A stretch of DNA of 64,000 nucleotides from Polyangiaceae bacterium (GCA_035063585.1 JAPSGB010000008.1:32001-96000); one strand, 5' to 3'; positions 1 to 11,430 are shown, counted from the first letter of the stretch. Program-made: numbers and translations. Notes: generated from the letters alone by a model not told the origin.

Positions 1-265
1 GCGTCGCGCTCGCGTAGAGGTGGCGCTCGTGGGCGCCCACGCCGGGGTACTCGGGCGAGGTGTTGCCGTTCAGATCGCGCGGCGGCGCGGAGCGCTGGAG
101 CGGGGTGCCGCCCCGCGTGTCATCGCCGTGGCAGCGCGCGCAGTCACCGGTCGCGCGGGGCGCTTGCTCCGAGTCTGCGCGCTCGAGGCATGACGGGAGC
201 CCCGCCACGAGGCCGGCGGCCATGAGCGCCAGCGCGCCGAGGCTCGTCGCTCGGCTACCCGCCAT
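1..265 (-). CDS. Lipoprotein c-type cytochrome, probably the multiheme CxxxxCH/CxxCH-domain type; partial, runs off the left edge
   Basis: Not in the ORF track. My translation from ATG 265: MAGSRATSLGALALMAAGLVAGLPSCLERADSEQAPRATGDCARCHGDD...APPRDLNGNTSPEYPGVGAHERHL. Lipobox LPSC, one CxxCH, and an APPxDLxGNT...GVGAHxxH segment typical of deltaproteobacterial multiheme proteins. Overlaps the upstream stop by 11 bp. Confidence 0.8.
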   Translation of the reverse strand, partial: MAGSRATSLGALALMAAGLVAGLPSCLERADSEQAPRATGDCARCHGDDTRGGTPLQRSAPPRDLNGNTSPEYPGVGAHERHLYASAT

Positions 266-1313
266 GGCAATACCTGCACATCGCGGCGCTCTCCGACCGC
301 GCGCTCTTCCACCCGTGGGGGTGGGGGTTGCCGCCCGAGCCGCCGACCTTGTGGCAGAGCACACAGTTGGTGGCCGGCCCCTGGTCGTGGCACGCCGCGC
401 AGGCCAGGATGTCGCGGCGCGCGGCGCGGCCGTGGAAATCCCGATCGTTCGGGTTCGAGCCCATCCAGGCGCGCGGGTGCGGGCTCGCGCCGTTCACGGC
501 GTTGCCGCTCACGCCACGGCGCGCATGGCAGGCGTCGCAGCTCTCGGTGGTGTGGCAGCTCAGGCACTTGCCGGGCTGCGATTTCGCCTCGATGGCGTGC
601 ACGCCGAGGAAGTCGCCGGGGTGCGCGAAGCGGCGGTCGATGCGCTCCGGCTCGCGCTGCTCCACCCGGAGGCCCTGGGACACGTCGTGGCAGTCATTGC
701 ACGACGCTTCGGTGTGGCAGTTCTGGCACATCGCCGGTGCCTCACGCGCGGCCGTGCCGTGACGGCGCTGGAACGCGGCATCGTGGCGAAGGAAGGTCTC
801 GGGCAGGAGCCGAGACAAGGTCGAGCTCTCGTGGCACGGCGCGCACTCGGCGCGATCCCACTGCTCCTGGTGTTCGTGGCAACGGAAGCAGCTCTTCATG
901 TCCGGGAAGGGGCTCGCGGGCCCGGCGGACTCGTCCGCCACCACGCCTCCGTGACAGGGCACGCACTGACCTTGGAGCTTCGGCATGGCGAGGTGCTCGG
1001 CGTGATTGAACGAGACCGTGCGCGCGATCGAGAGCGCGCGATCCTCGGGCGGCGGCGCCGCGGCGAGGAGCGCGCGCTCGCCGGGCGCGTGGCAGCGCTG
1101 GCACACCTCGACCGTGGGCAGCGGGTTCACGCCGGTCTCGACCGCGTGGCAGCTCGCGCAGCTCAGGCACTTGGGCTGGCCGGGGCCGCCGCAGGAGAGC
1201 TTGGTGAGGTGCTCGGGATGTGAGAACCGGGGCCGCGACCTGGTGCAGGCGGCGGCGAGCGCCGCGCCGAGCGTCATGGCGAGCAGCGCGCGAGACCAGC
1301 GCCGAACCGTCAT
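255..1313 (-). CDS. Dodecaheme c-type cytochrome lipoprotein (c3/c7-like repeats)
   Basis: Start moved to ATG 1313 (MTVRRWSRALL..., ATGA overlap with the porin stop). Lipobox LAAAC. 12 CxxCH counted: CASCH, CQRCH, CVPCH, CFRCH, CAPCH, CQNCH, CNDCH, CLSCH, CDACH, CAACH, CVLCH, CRYCH. FSHxxH and FNHxxH distal-His motifs. Confidence 0.9.
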   Translation of the reverse strand: MTVRRWSRALLAMTLGAALAAACTRSRPRFSHPEHLTKLSCGGPGQPKCLSCASCHAVETGVNPLPTVEVCQRCHAPGERALLAAAPPPEDRALSIARTVSFNHAEHLAMPKLQGQCVPCHGGVVADESAGPASPFPDMKSCFRCHEHQEQWDRAECAPCHESSTLSRLLPETFLRHDAAFQRRHGTAAREAPAMCQNCHTEASCNDCHDVSQGLRVEQREPERIDRRFAHPGDFLGVHAIEAKSQPGKCLSCHTTESCDACHARRGVSGNAVNGASPHPRAWMGSNPNDRDFHGRAARRDILACAACHDQGPATNCVLCHKVGGSGGNPHPHGWKSARSESAAMCRYCHGG

Positions 1314-2740
1314 GGCCCCTTCCCGTCGAGACCGTAGGTGGCTCGGACCAGCGCCTGCAGATCGGCGTCGGCGTAAGGCGTCCGCGCGAGGGAGCTCCCG
1401 AAGAGGAGCCTGAGCTCGTCGAGCGCGCGCCACTCGACGGTGCCCGCGTAGACCTCGGCGATCCGGCGCCCGGAGATCGCCTCGTCGTAGAGGTAGAGGT
1501 ACGCCTCCGCGGTCGCAGTGACGCGCCCCGCGATGCGCTGCCGGAGCGAGTCGCGGAGCGCCGTGTAGCCGTTGCCGGGCGCTCGAACTCGCGCGAGCCC
1601 CAGGCGAAGCACGGTGCGCTCCTCGCGGTCCGGGGCGACACGGAGCGCGAGGTCCCCGCGCGCGCCCGCGTCGCCCGCAGAGTAGTGTTGGAGATACCCG
1701 CCGCCCTCCACGCCGATGAGCGCGAGCGGCCGCCACGAGGCGGTCGCGCCGAGCTCGTCGAAGGTGTCGGCGCTGAACACGCTCAGCACCGACTGGCGCG
1801 ACAAGAGGAGCGCCGGCTCGGTGTGGAGGTACTCGACGCCGAGCCCGACCCCGCGCGCGGGGACGGTGTCCGCCCAGAGGCGCGCGTCGGCGAGCCCGAG
1901 GCCGTCGAGGTCGAGCACGGCCGCCCCGCCGGCGCTCGCCCAGTCGAGCGGCTCTAGCTGAAAATCTCCGCCGAGCGAGCGCCGCGCGAGCTCGCTCGAG
2001 GCATGCTCCTCATGGAACGAGGCACCGACCACGAGCGGCCCGCGCTCGTAGGAGGCACGCCCGCCCGCGAGCCAGTAACCCGAGCGGCGGGCCTCCGGGA
2101 GCGCCTCGGGCTCGCGGAGCAGCGTGTCGGCGGCGGCCCCGAGCTGCGCGTAGCCCGGGCGGCCGCTCCACCGCGGCAAGACCGAGAGGCCCGCGTACGC
2201 GTCCATCCCGAGACCGATCGCGAGCCGTGAGCCCGCGGCCGCGCCGTCGAAGCGCGCGAAGCGGGCGGCGCCGCCGGCGATGACCTGGCGGCCGAGGCGG
2301 ACCCAGCTGGGTCCGGCGTGAAGCCGGACGTTGGCGGTCTGGAGGTCGCCGTCGAGGCGACGGGCCGTGTCGAAATCCTCGGTGGCCGTCGCGGCGCCCC
2401 AGGCGGAAAGCTCGACGCTCGTGTCATCCTCGCCGAGCGTGTCGAGGTCGTCCGCGCGGAGCGAGACGTACTCGTACACGGGCGCGATGGTGTCGGTGGT
2501 GACGAGCGCGCCGTTGGGCCCGGGTAGGAGCGCGCGCTGGTAGAGTTGCAAGTATGTGGAGCTGTGGAAGCGCACGAGCGCGGCGTCCCCGCGCTCGGCT
2601 CGGGCGCCGCCGCCTCCGGCGCGCGCCGGAGGCGCGCCGAGGAGCGCAGCGGTCGCCAGGAGCGCGCAGGTGACGGCGGCGCCCCGAGGCGCGGCCCGGG
2701 GCTCCGGGCGCTGGGTCGGGGTTCTGCGCCGAGAAACCAC
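1310..2740 (-). CDS. Putative outer-membrane beta-barrel (porin of a porin-cytochrome conduit)
   Basis: Signal peptide (…ALLGAPPARA), many alternating amphipathic strands with aromatic residues, no heme motifs. Translationally coupled to the multiheme cytochrome gene. Confidence 0.7.
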   Translation of the reverse strand: MVSRRRTPTQRPEPRAAPRGAAVTCALLATAALLGAPPARAGGGGARAERGDAALVRFHSSTYLQLYQRALLPGPNGALVTTDTIAPVYEYVSLRADDLDTLGEDDTSVELSAWGAATATEDFDTARRLDGDLQTANVRLHAGPSWVRLGRQVIAGGAARFARFDGAAAGSRLAIGLGMDAYAGLSVLPRWSGRPGYAQLGAAADTLLREPEALPEARRSGYWLAGGRASYERGPLVVGASFHEEHASSELARRSLGGDFQLEPLDWASAGGAAVLDLDGLGLADARLWADTVPARGVGLGVEYLHTEPALLLSRQSVLSVFSADTFDELGATASWRPLALIGVEGGGYLQHYSAGDAGARGDLALRVAPDREERTVLRLGLARVRAPGNGYTALRDSLRQRIAGRVTATAEAYLYLYDEAISGRRIAEVYAGTVEWRALDELRLLFGSSLARTPYADADLQALVRATYGLDGKGP

Positions 2741-2746
2741 GCGGGG

Positions 2747-3571
2747 TCAGTTCTCCACGATGACCGCGTCCTCGAGCAGCGCCGGGTAGTGGTAGCCGAT
2801 GCCGATGTCCACGTCGGCTCGGAGCACCCCCTCCAGCGTGATGACCTCGCCCTGCTTCGGCTCGGCCTGGGTGGTGACGGCCAGATCGTTGGTGCGGCTC
2901 GCGGCGTCGCCCGAGCCGTCGCGTAGGTGGAGGAACGTCTTGCCGTTGATGCCCGGTGTGACCTTCACGACCACGCCCCGGATGCGGAGCTTCTTTCCCG
3001 CGAGCTTCGACAGCGACGCGTAGGCATCGCCGACCCGCTCGGCGTTCGCGCCGCTCGCCTTCTCCACCTTCGGGAGCGCGACCTCGTCCCCGGTCGTGGT
3101 CGCCGCAGGGTGACCGGTGGGCTCGCCGCCGGGGCTCGGGGCCGCGCTGGTCGGCGGATGACCCGGAGGAAGCGCGCCGGCGCCCGCGCTCGCCGCGCCG
3201 GCGCCGAGGTTGCCGAAATAGATGACCTCGAAGGTTCGGTCGAGCGTCGGGCTCCGAAATCCGTTCATCTGCGTCGCGCCGACCACGGTCACGCGCTCGC
3301 CCTTGGTGAGCTTCGCGAGCGGCACCGCCGCCCACCGCTCCCCGGCGCCGGTGTCGAGGCGGAGATAGGTGTACTCGGGGACGTCGAGCGCCTCGAGGAC
3401 GGTACCGCTCAGCGTCGCGCCGTCTTCCGCCGGTGGCTCGGTCGAGGGCGCCGGCGCATCTCTCCGCGCGGGCTCGGCGGTCGGCTGCGCCTTCGAGCCG
3501 GGGCGATCCAGATAGAATCCGAGGACCATCGCGGCCGCGATGGTCCCGCCGAGGAGGTAACCCATCTTCAT
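2747..3571 (-). CDS. Membrane-anchored NrfJ-like protein with two OB-fold-type domains
   Basis: N-terminal TM. Segment GTVLE...YTYLRL...WAAVP...MNGFRSPTLDRTFEVIYFG resembles NrfJ-type proteins. LPPGHP His/Pro linker, then a second OB-like domain (RGVVVKV...FLHLRDGSG...YPALLEDA). Confidence 0.6.
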   Translation of the reverse strand: MKMGYLLGGTIAAAMVLGFYLDRPGSKAQPTAEPARRDAPAPSTEPPAEDGATLSGTVLEALDVPEYTYLRLDTGAGERWAAVPLAKLTKGERVTVVGATQMNGFRSPTLDRTFEVIYFGNLGAGAASAGAGALPPGHPPTSAAPSPGGEPTGHPAATTTGDEVALPKVEKASGANAERVGDAYASLSKLAGKKLRIRGVVVKVTPGINGKTFLHLRDGSGDAASRTNDLAVTTQAEPKQGEVITLEGVLRADVDIGIGYHYPALLEDAVIVEN

Positions 3572-3705
3572 GACGGACCGGCGATAGCATCACTCGTGCC
3601 TCGCGAGCACCGACGCCTGTCAGCGCTCATGCGGATCTCGCCTTCGAGGATGCTCAAGGACTTGCTAAACGCTCCAGCGTGACGAGCTCGGGCATCGAGC
3701 GAGGT

Positions 3706-3721
3706 TGGCGCGGTCTTCGCA
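3706..3721 (+). promoter_or_regulatory. Candidate sigma-54 (-24/-12) promoter for the decaheme cytochrome
   Basis: TGGCGCG-GTCT-TCGCA has the GG-N10-GC spacing of consensus TGGCACG-N4-TTGCA, about 100 bp upstream of ATG 3822. Confidence 0.4.
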
Positions 3722-3821
3722 TTTCAGCGACGCTTGCCTCGGCTCGGGCGAGTTTCGCGAAACCTTTTCTCTAGCGGCTGAAACGCGCGCAAATCGCGCG
3801 CAAACCGGACAGGCTCGAACC

Positions 3822-6107
3822 ATGAAGATCTCAAGCGAGAGCATCGTGACACGAGATACGGCTCGGCTGCGCGCGCTCGGTGCGGCCGTACTGCTCATGA
3901 GCGCGCTCTCGAGCGCCTGCTCGGGGGACGATGGCGGAACCGGGCCGCAAGGTCCGCCCGGGGAGATGGGCCAGCCGGGGCAACCCGGGCAACCCGGAGC
4001 ACCCGGAGAGGGAGGCCCGCCGGGTCCCATCGGCGAGGCTGGCGTGCCGGGCGAGGCGGGCGTGCCTGGAGAGGGAGGCCCGCCCGGCCGCGGGTTCTGG
4101 ATCACCGGCCCGGGGCTCGAGCTCACCTTCGAGAGCGCGAACATCGACGCGAGCGGCGTCGCCACGACGCGCTTCAAGCTCACGGACGCGAAGGGCGTCC
4201 CGCTCGACCTCGGCGGCCTCTACTCGGAGGGCGCCGTGAGCGTGAGCTTCGTCCTCGGGTGGCTCGACCTGAACTCCAAGGGCGAGGCTGGCCAGTATCA
4301 CTCGTACACCAACCGCGACCAGAAGAGCCCCATCACGGGCAATACCGCGAGCCAGGCCGCCGCCGACAGCGGCGGCAGCTTCACCGAGATCGGTGAGGGT
4401 CAGGGCGAGTACGAGTATCGCTTCAAGACGAACATTGCGGTGGGGAACCCTGCGCGCACACACACCATAGGCGCCTATGCGACGCGCACCTTCCAGGGGC
4501 AGCGCTACGTAGCGAACGCCACCCACGACTGGGTGCCCGCGGGTGGGACGCCGCTCGAACGCGAGCTCGTCAAGCAAGAGAACTGCGACAGCTGCCACGG
4601 CACGCTCGAGGCCCATGGCGGCGCCCGGCGCGACGTCAAGCTCTGCACCATGTGTCACAACGCGGACGTGGTCGACCCGGACACGGGCAACACCGTCGAT
4701 TTTCGCGTGATGGTCCACAAGATCCACCGCGGCGCGGAGCTGCCGAGCGTGGCTGGTGGGACGCCCTACGAGATCATCGGCTATAACCAGAGCGTCGCCG
4801 ACTACTCCGAGGTCGAGTTCCCACAGCCCATCCAGAGCTGCGACAAGTGCCACGGCGGCGCGTCGGACGGTGCGCGCTGGAAGCTCGAGCCGACCCAGGC
4901 CGCGTGCGGCTCGTGCCACGACGGCACCTGGTTCGGTGCTCAGGCCGCCACCCCGGCCGGGATGACCAACCACGGCGGCGGCGAGCGCGCGGACGACGCC
5001 GACTGCTCGGTCTGTCACAAGCCGAACGGGCTCGGGAGCGCTGACGTGGTCGCGAACCACTACACCACCGCCACCAACCCGGCGAGCCCGGTGGTCGCGG
5101 TGAACATCGTCCGCGTGGACGACACGGCGCCGGGCCAGACGCCGAAGGTCGTGTTCAACGTCACCGTGAACGGCGCCGCGCGCGACATCATCGCAAGCCC
5201 GATGAGCCGCCTCACCATGACCTTCGGCGGGCCGACCACCGATTACGCGGGCGTGGTCTCGTACGCGGTACAGGGCGGTAGCTCGAACGTCGGCACCCTC
5301 GCGGCCGACGGCGCGAACTTCAAGTACACGTTCCCAGCGCCGGTCGCCCTCGGCGCCACCGGGACGTACGCGGTGGGGGTCGAGGCCGCGATCCAGCCAG
5401 GAGGCGCCGGGCAACCGCAGTACTACGCGTACAACCCCGTCACTTACGTCGCGGTGACCGACTCGACGCCGAAGCCGCGCCGCGGGGTGGTGGCGACCAG
5501 CGAGTGCAACCAGTGCCACGGCACGCTCTCCGCCCACGGCGGCCCCCGGAACAACACCGAGTACTGCGCGATGTGCCATAACCCGAACACGGACATCGCG
5601 GCGCGCGTGGCCCGCTTCGAGGGGAGCACCGTCGAAGCGCCGACGGTCGCGTTCGCGAACATGATCCACGCGATCCACCGCGGCACCGAGCACGCCGAGC
5701 CGTACGCGCTCGGCGGCTATCCCCCGCCGACCCGAGCCAACCCGGGCGGCAACCAGCTCGACTTCACCAAGCTCGAATATCCGCGCCCGCAGAACGACTG
5801 CGCGGCGTGCCACGTGAACGAGAGCCAGCGGCTCCCACTCGCCGCGGGGCTCTTGCCGGTCAAGAGCGAGCTCCTCACCTGCACCGAGGATCCCGGCGCC
5901 GATGGCGACAGCTACTGCGACACGCGGAGCTCGATCGTCACCTTCACCCCGCCCACCAGCGCCGCCTGCACCGGCTGCCACGACTCCTCGTCCGCCAAGG
6001 CGCACGCCGAGCTCATGACGACGCCGAGCGGCGTGGAGAGCTGCGCCACGTGCCACGGGGTCGGCAAGGCGAACGACGCCGAGCGCGCCCACGCGCTCGC
6101 GCCGTGA
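3822..6107 (+). CDS. OmcA/MtrC-family decaheme c-type cytochrome lipoprotein with N-terminal collagen-like segment
   Basis: Lipobox LSSAC. 10 CxxCH in a 5+5 layout (CDSCH, CTMCH, CDKCH, CGSCH, CSVCH / CNQCH, CAMCH, CAACH, CTGCH, CATCH), each group preceded by a heme-free beta domain. AHGGxR, MVHKIH/MIHAIH and FPQ/YPR motifs. Start placed at ATG 3822. Confidence 0.9.
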   Translation: MKISSESIVTRDTARLRALGAAVLLMSALSSACSGDDGGTGPQGPPGEMGQPGQPGQPGAPGEGGPPGPIGEAGVPGEAGVPGEGGPPGRGFWITGPGLELTFESANIDASGVATTRFKLTDAKGVPLDLGGLYSEGAVSVSFVLGWLDLNSKGEAGQYHSYTNRDQKSPITGNTASQAAADSGGSFTEIGEGQGEYEYRFKTNIAVGNPARTHTIGAYATRTFQGQRYVANATHDWVPAGGTPLERELVKQENCDSCHGTLEAHGGARRDVKLCTMCHNADVVDPDTGNTVDFRVMVHKIHRGAELPSVAGGTPYEIIGYNQSVADYSEVEFPQPIQSCDKCHGGASDGARWKLEPTQAACGSCHDGTWFGAQAATPAGMTNHGGGERADDADCSVCHKPNGLGSADVVANHYTTATNPASPVVAVNIVRVDDTAPGQTPKVVFNVTVNGAARDIIASPMSRLTMTFGGPTTDYAGVVSYAVQGGSSNVGTLAADGANFKYTFPAPVALGATGTYAVGVEAAIQPGGAGQPQYYAYNPVTYVAVTDSTPKPRRGVVATSECNQCHGTLSAHGGPRNNTEYCAMCHNPNTDIAARVARFEGSTVEAPTVAFANMIHAIHRGTEHAEPYALGGYPPPTRANPGGNQLDFTKLEYPRPQNDCAACHVNESQRLPLAAGLLPVKSELLTCTEDPGADGDSYCDTRSSIVTFTPPTSAACTGCHDSSSAKAHAELMTTPSGVESCATCHGVGKANDAERAHALAP
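3942..4094 (+). repeat. Collagen-like Gly-X-Y run (17 triplets) within the decaheme cytochrome
   Basis: [51 protein letters not shown]. Confidence 0.9.
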
Positions 6108-6137
6108 GCCCGCCCCCGCGCGCCGCGCCGGCTCGAC

Positions 6138-6331
6138 CTCTGCGACCGCCTCGCGGGGATGTCGGTCCGGCGCAGGCCGAGCACGCCGAGCGCGCCGAGC
6201 TCTGCGACCGCCTCGCGGGGATGTCGGTCCGGCGCGGAACCGCGCGGGCCGCCCGGTCCCGCGTCGCAGCGCGCGCGCCTGGCACAGCACGCGCGCACGC
6301 CGCTCGCTCCGCGCGGTTCCGCGCCGGACCG
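6138..6331. repeat. REP-doublet (REPIN-like) palindromic element plus a 36-bp direct repeat
   Basis: Perfect 23-bp inverted arms CGGTCCGGCGCGGAACCGCGCGG (6225-6247) and its complement (6309-6331). Exact 36-bp direct repeat at 6138-6173 and 6200-6235. Lies between convergent genes. Confidence 0.8.
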
Positions 6332-6347
6332 GCAACCAGCAGCCAGC

Positions 6348-8570
<2,223 letters not shown>

Positions 8571-8573
8571 CGG

Positions 8574-10472
8574 TTACCTCTTTTGCCCGAGTCCGTGCCG
8601 CTCCCGCGCACGAAGGAATTGTTCGCGCAGTAGCGCGGTCTGCTGATCGAAATCGCCGAGTGCCTCGGCCTGGTGGAGTTCCTCCACCGTCTGCGTGTTC
8701 CTGCGCTTCTGCTCGAGTCGCTTCAGCTTGTAGATGTTGGAAACCAGCTCCTCCCTCGCGGTCGCGGGATCGCCGTGCACGGGCGCCGCGAGCCGTTCGG
8801 CCGCGAATGGATGGATCGTCGGTGACAGTTTCGCAAGCACGTGTTCCGGTTCCAGGAGCGCTGCACCATTCCAGCTTTGCCGCAATGCCGCGATTCCGGC
8901 GGCGGCGTCGCCTTCGAGACAGCCCGCGGCCTCGTCCGCCTCAGGTGTATCCAAGAGTTCGGGATAGTCCAGCAGCGCGCCGAAGATAGCGAGCGCGATC
9001 TCGTCGCGGCGGTCCCGGGAGCGTGCCCGGTCCGGCGCCGGGGCTCGCGTGCGCTCGCCGAGCGCGGACGGCGCGAGCGCGAGCCGCACCTCCCGCTCGA
9101 GCGCCGCGAAGGTGGCGGCGTCGGCGACGCCGAGCCGCGCCGCGATGGTGTCGGCGTAGCGCTTGGCCATCGCGCGCACGGTCGGATCCTCCTCGCGGGC
9201 GAGCAGCGTGGTGACCCGCTTCAGTCGGGCGGCTCGCTCTTGGGCGTCGGCCTGGGAGAACCCCGCGTCGAGCTCCCGGTCGAGCAGGTGCTCGAGGATG
9301 CCGCGCGCCGCGTCGAGCACCGCGGTGACCGCGCGGGGGCCCTCGGCGCGGATGAGGTCGTCCGGATCGCTCCCAGCCGGCAGCGTGGCGACGCGCGCGA
9401 AGAGCCCGGCCTCACGGCACGGCTCGTAGGCGTTGGTCGCGGCCTTCTGCCCGGCGCCGTCGCCGTCGAAGAGCAGCACGACGCGCGGAGCGAAGTGCTT
9501 GATCTGACGCGCCTGCTCGGTCGTGAACGCGGTGCCGAGCGGGGCGACCACGTGGTCGATACCGCGGGCGTGCAGGCTCACCACGTCGAAGTTGCCCTCG
9601 ACGATCACGCACTCTTCCTTTGCGCGCACCCCCTGTCGCGCCTGATAGAGCCCGAAGACCGCCTCGCGCTTTCGGTAGATGGGCGACTCCGGCGAGTTCA
9701 GGTACTTGGCGGGCGGATCGCCGAGCATCGGCTCGGCGCCTGCGCGCGCGAGCTCTGCCGCCTCCGGTTCGTCGAGGGCGCGGCCGCTGAAGGCGAGGAC
9801 GCGGCCCTGCAGGTCGTGCACGGCGAACATCAGCCGATGCCGGAAGCGATCGTAGTGGCCCGAGGACGTCTTGCGCGGCGCCACCAGCCCGACCCGTTCG
9901 GCCGCCTGCAAGCTCACGCCGCTCTCACGCAGGTGGCGGGTGAGGGCGTCCCACGAGTGTGGCGCGTACCCGACGCGGAATGCCTGCAGTGTGTGCGCGA
10001 CCGAGTCGGTGGGGGAGTCGCTCGAGAGCCCGCGCGCCGCGAGCGCCGCGCGCGCGTAGGACGCGAGCGGGTGCTCGCGGAGCATGCGCTCGAAGAACGC
10101 CGCTGCGGCGCCGTTCGCCTCGTAGTGTTCCTGCTGGCGCCGGCGCGCCTCGGCCTGCTCTCGGCGATCCGGGCCGGACTCCGCCTCGACGAGCTCGACG
10201 CCGGCGCGCTCGGCGAGGATGCGCACGGCCTCGTTGAACCCGACCCCTTGCGTCTCCTGAACGAAGCGGAAGACGTCCCCCGACGCCTTGCAGCCGAAGC
10301 AATGAAAGAAGCCGCGCTCCTCGTTCACGTTGAAGCTCGCCGTCTTTTCCTTATGGAATGGACAGAGGCCCACGTGGCTCCGGCCCTTGCGGGTGAGCTT
10401 CACCGTCTCGCCGATGACGGCGACGATCCCGCTCGCGCGCCGCACCCGGTCGATGGTCTCCTGGGTGATCAC
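8574..10472 (-). CDS. dnaG: DNA primase
   Basis: CHC2 zinc finger CPFHKEKTASF...FHCFGC, KYLNSPES, TOPRIM motifs IVEGNFD and FDGDGAG. Probable GTG start at 10472 (VITQETIDRVR). Directly upstream of rpoD. Confidence 0.97.
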   Translation of the reverse strand: MITQETIDRVRRASGIVAVIGETVKLTRKGRSHVGLCPFHKEKTASFNVNEERGFFHCFGCKASGDVFRFVQETQGVGFNEAVRILAERAGVELVEAESGPDRREQAEARRRQQEHYEANGAAAAFFERMLREHPLASYARAALAARGLSSDSPTDSVAHTLQAFRVGYAPHSWDALTRHLRESGVSLQAAERVGLVAPRKTSSGHYDRFRHRLMFAVHDLQGRVLAFSGRALDEPEAAELARAGAEPMLGDPPAKYLNSPESPIYRKREAVFGLYQARQGVRAKEECVIVEGNFDVVSLHARGIDHVVAPLGTAFTTEQARQIKHFAPRVVLLFDGDGAGQKAATNAYEPCREAGLFARVATLPAGSDPDDLIRAEGPRAVTAVLDAARGILEHLLDRELDAGFSQADAQERAARLKRVTTLLAREEDPTVRAMAKRYADTIAARLGVADAATFAALEREVRLALAPSALGERTRAPAPDRARSRDRRDEIALAIFGALLDYPELLDTPEADEAAGCLEGDAAAGIAALRQSWNGAALLEPEHVLAKLSPTIHPFAAERLAAPVHGDPATAREELVSNIYKLKRLEQKRRNTQTVEELHQAEALGDFDQQTALLREQFLRARERHGLGQKR

Positions 10473-10700
10473 CCGCGCGACCTCGCCCGCGCGGCGGCCC
10501 ACCTGCGGCCCGGCGGACCCTCCGTCACTGCTTCGAGCTCCCCGGACACGCAGCGCAACGCATACCGCAAATCTCGCGGCCGCCAAGGCGCGCCCTGCGA
10601 CTAGTCAGCGTTCTTGTCCGGACGAGCCGCCGCGAGCGCCGGGCCTCGCGACTCCGCACGCGGCGTGCCAATGCCCGAGGGCGGCTCTCGGGGGGAGCGG

Positions 10701-11134
10701 GGCGGCGCGAGGGCGGCCTTCAGGGGGGCGAGGCGGCGCGAGGGCGGGCCGGTGCGGCCTCGCCTTCGGCCCGCCCTCGCGATGCTCCGGCGCGGCTCCC
10801 GTCCGGGCGGGGCCGAACGGCGGGCTCTCGAAGCCGCCGCGTCTCGCCTCGCGATGCTCCGGCGCGGGTCCCGTCCGAGCGGGTCGATGACCTACCAGAT
10901 GGTAAGGGCTTGCGCGCTGCAGACGTGCTCTACGGTCGCGTCGAGCACGTCCGGGGTCGATGACTTACCAGATGGTAAGGGCTTGCGCGGGTGCGCGAGT
11001 TCCCGACGCCCATGGGCGACGCCCTCGCGCTCGACCGGCCCGGAATGACCTCGTCGAGCGGCCCGCTGGCTCGTAGCGCGTGCCGCGCGCGTCGTCTGGC
11101 GCTCGACCGGCCCGGAGCAGCCTCGTCGAGCGGC
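10701..11134. repeat. Cluster of paired direct repeats and hairpins
   Basis: Pair A 10775-10811/10847-10883 (37 bp, 2 mismatches). Pair B 10881-10916/10954-10989 (36 bp, 1 mismatch). Pair C 11027-11062/11099-11134 (36 bp, 4-nt difference). 16-bp pair at 10701/10732. 14-bp hairpin 10738-10780. Confidence 0.85.
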
Positions 11135-11430
11135 TCCGGCGCGCCGAGCGCGACGGCCTGCTCTCGGGGTCGTCGGCGCGCCCCGTCACGCTCGTCCGAG
11201 CCCGCTTGCGGAGCGGTCTCGGAAAAGTCCCGGCCAGGGGTCGATTCGGGACCGAGCCCGCTTGACGGTCGCGGGGAGGCATGTGCTACGCTGCGCCCGT
11301 GTTCGACCCGGAGCGTGTGATCCAGCGCGGCGTCCCGGCTCGCCGGCTTGCTCCGCTCGACGCCTCGGAGCTTACGGGAGCATAGAGCGCACCCGGCGTT
11401 CATCTCGGCCCACTGCGCTCGGATCTTATT

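Noticed and set aside
1314..1736. N-terminal 141 aa of the 493-aa cytochrome ORF in the track
   Set aside because: It overlaps the porin in another frame; the signal peptide and ATGA coupling place the start at 1313.
10775..11134. CRISPR array
   Set aside because: Repeat and spacer sizes fit, but each repeat occurs only twice, the three pairs differ in sequence, there is no GAAA(C/G)-type end or AT-rich leader, and no cas genes are present.
11262..11292. Sigma-70 promoter TTGACG...TACGCT
   Set aside because: The 19-bp spacer is atypical and the site is about 140 bp from the Fur box; too weak to call.
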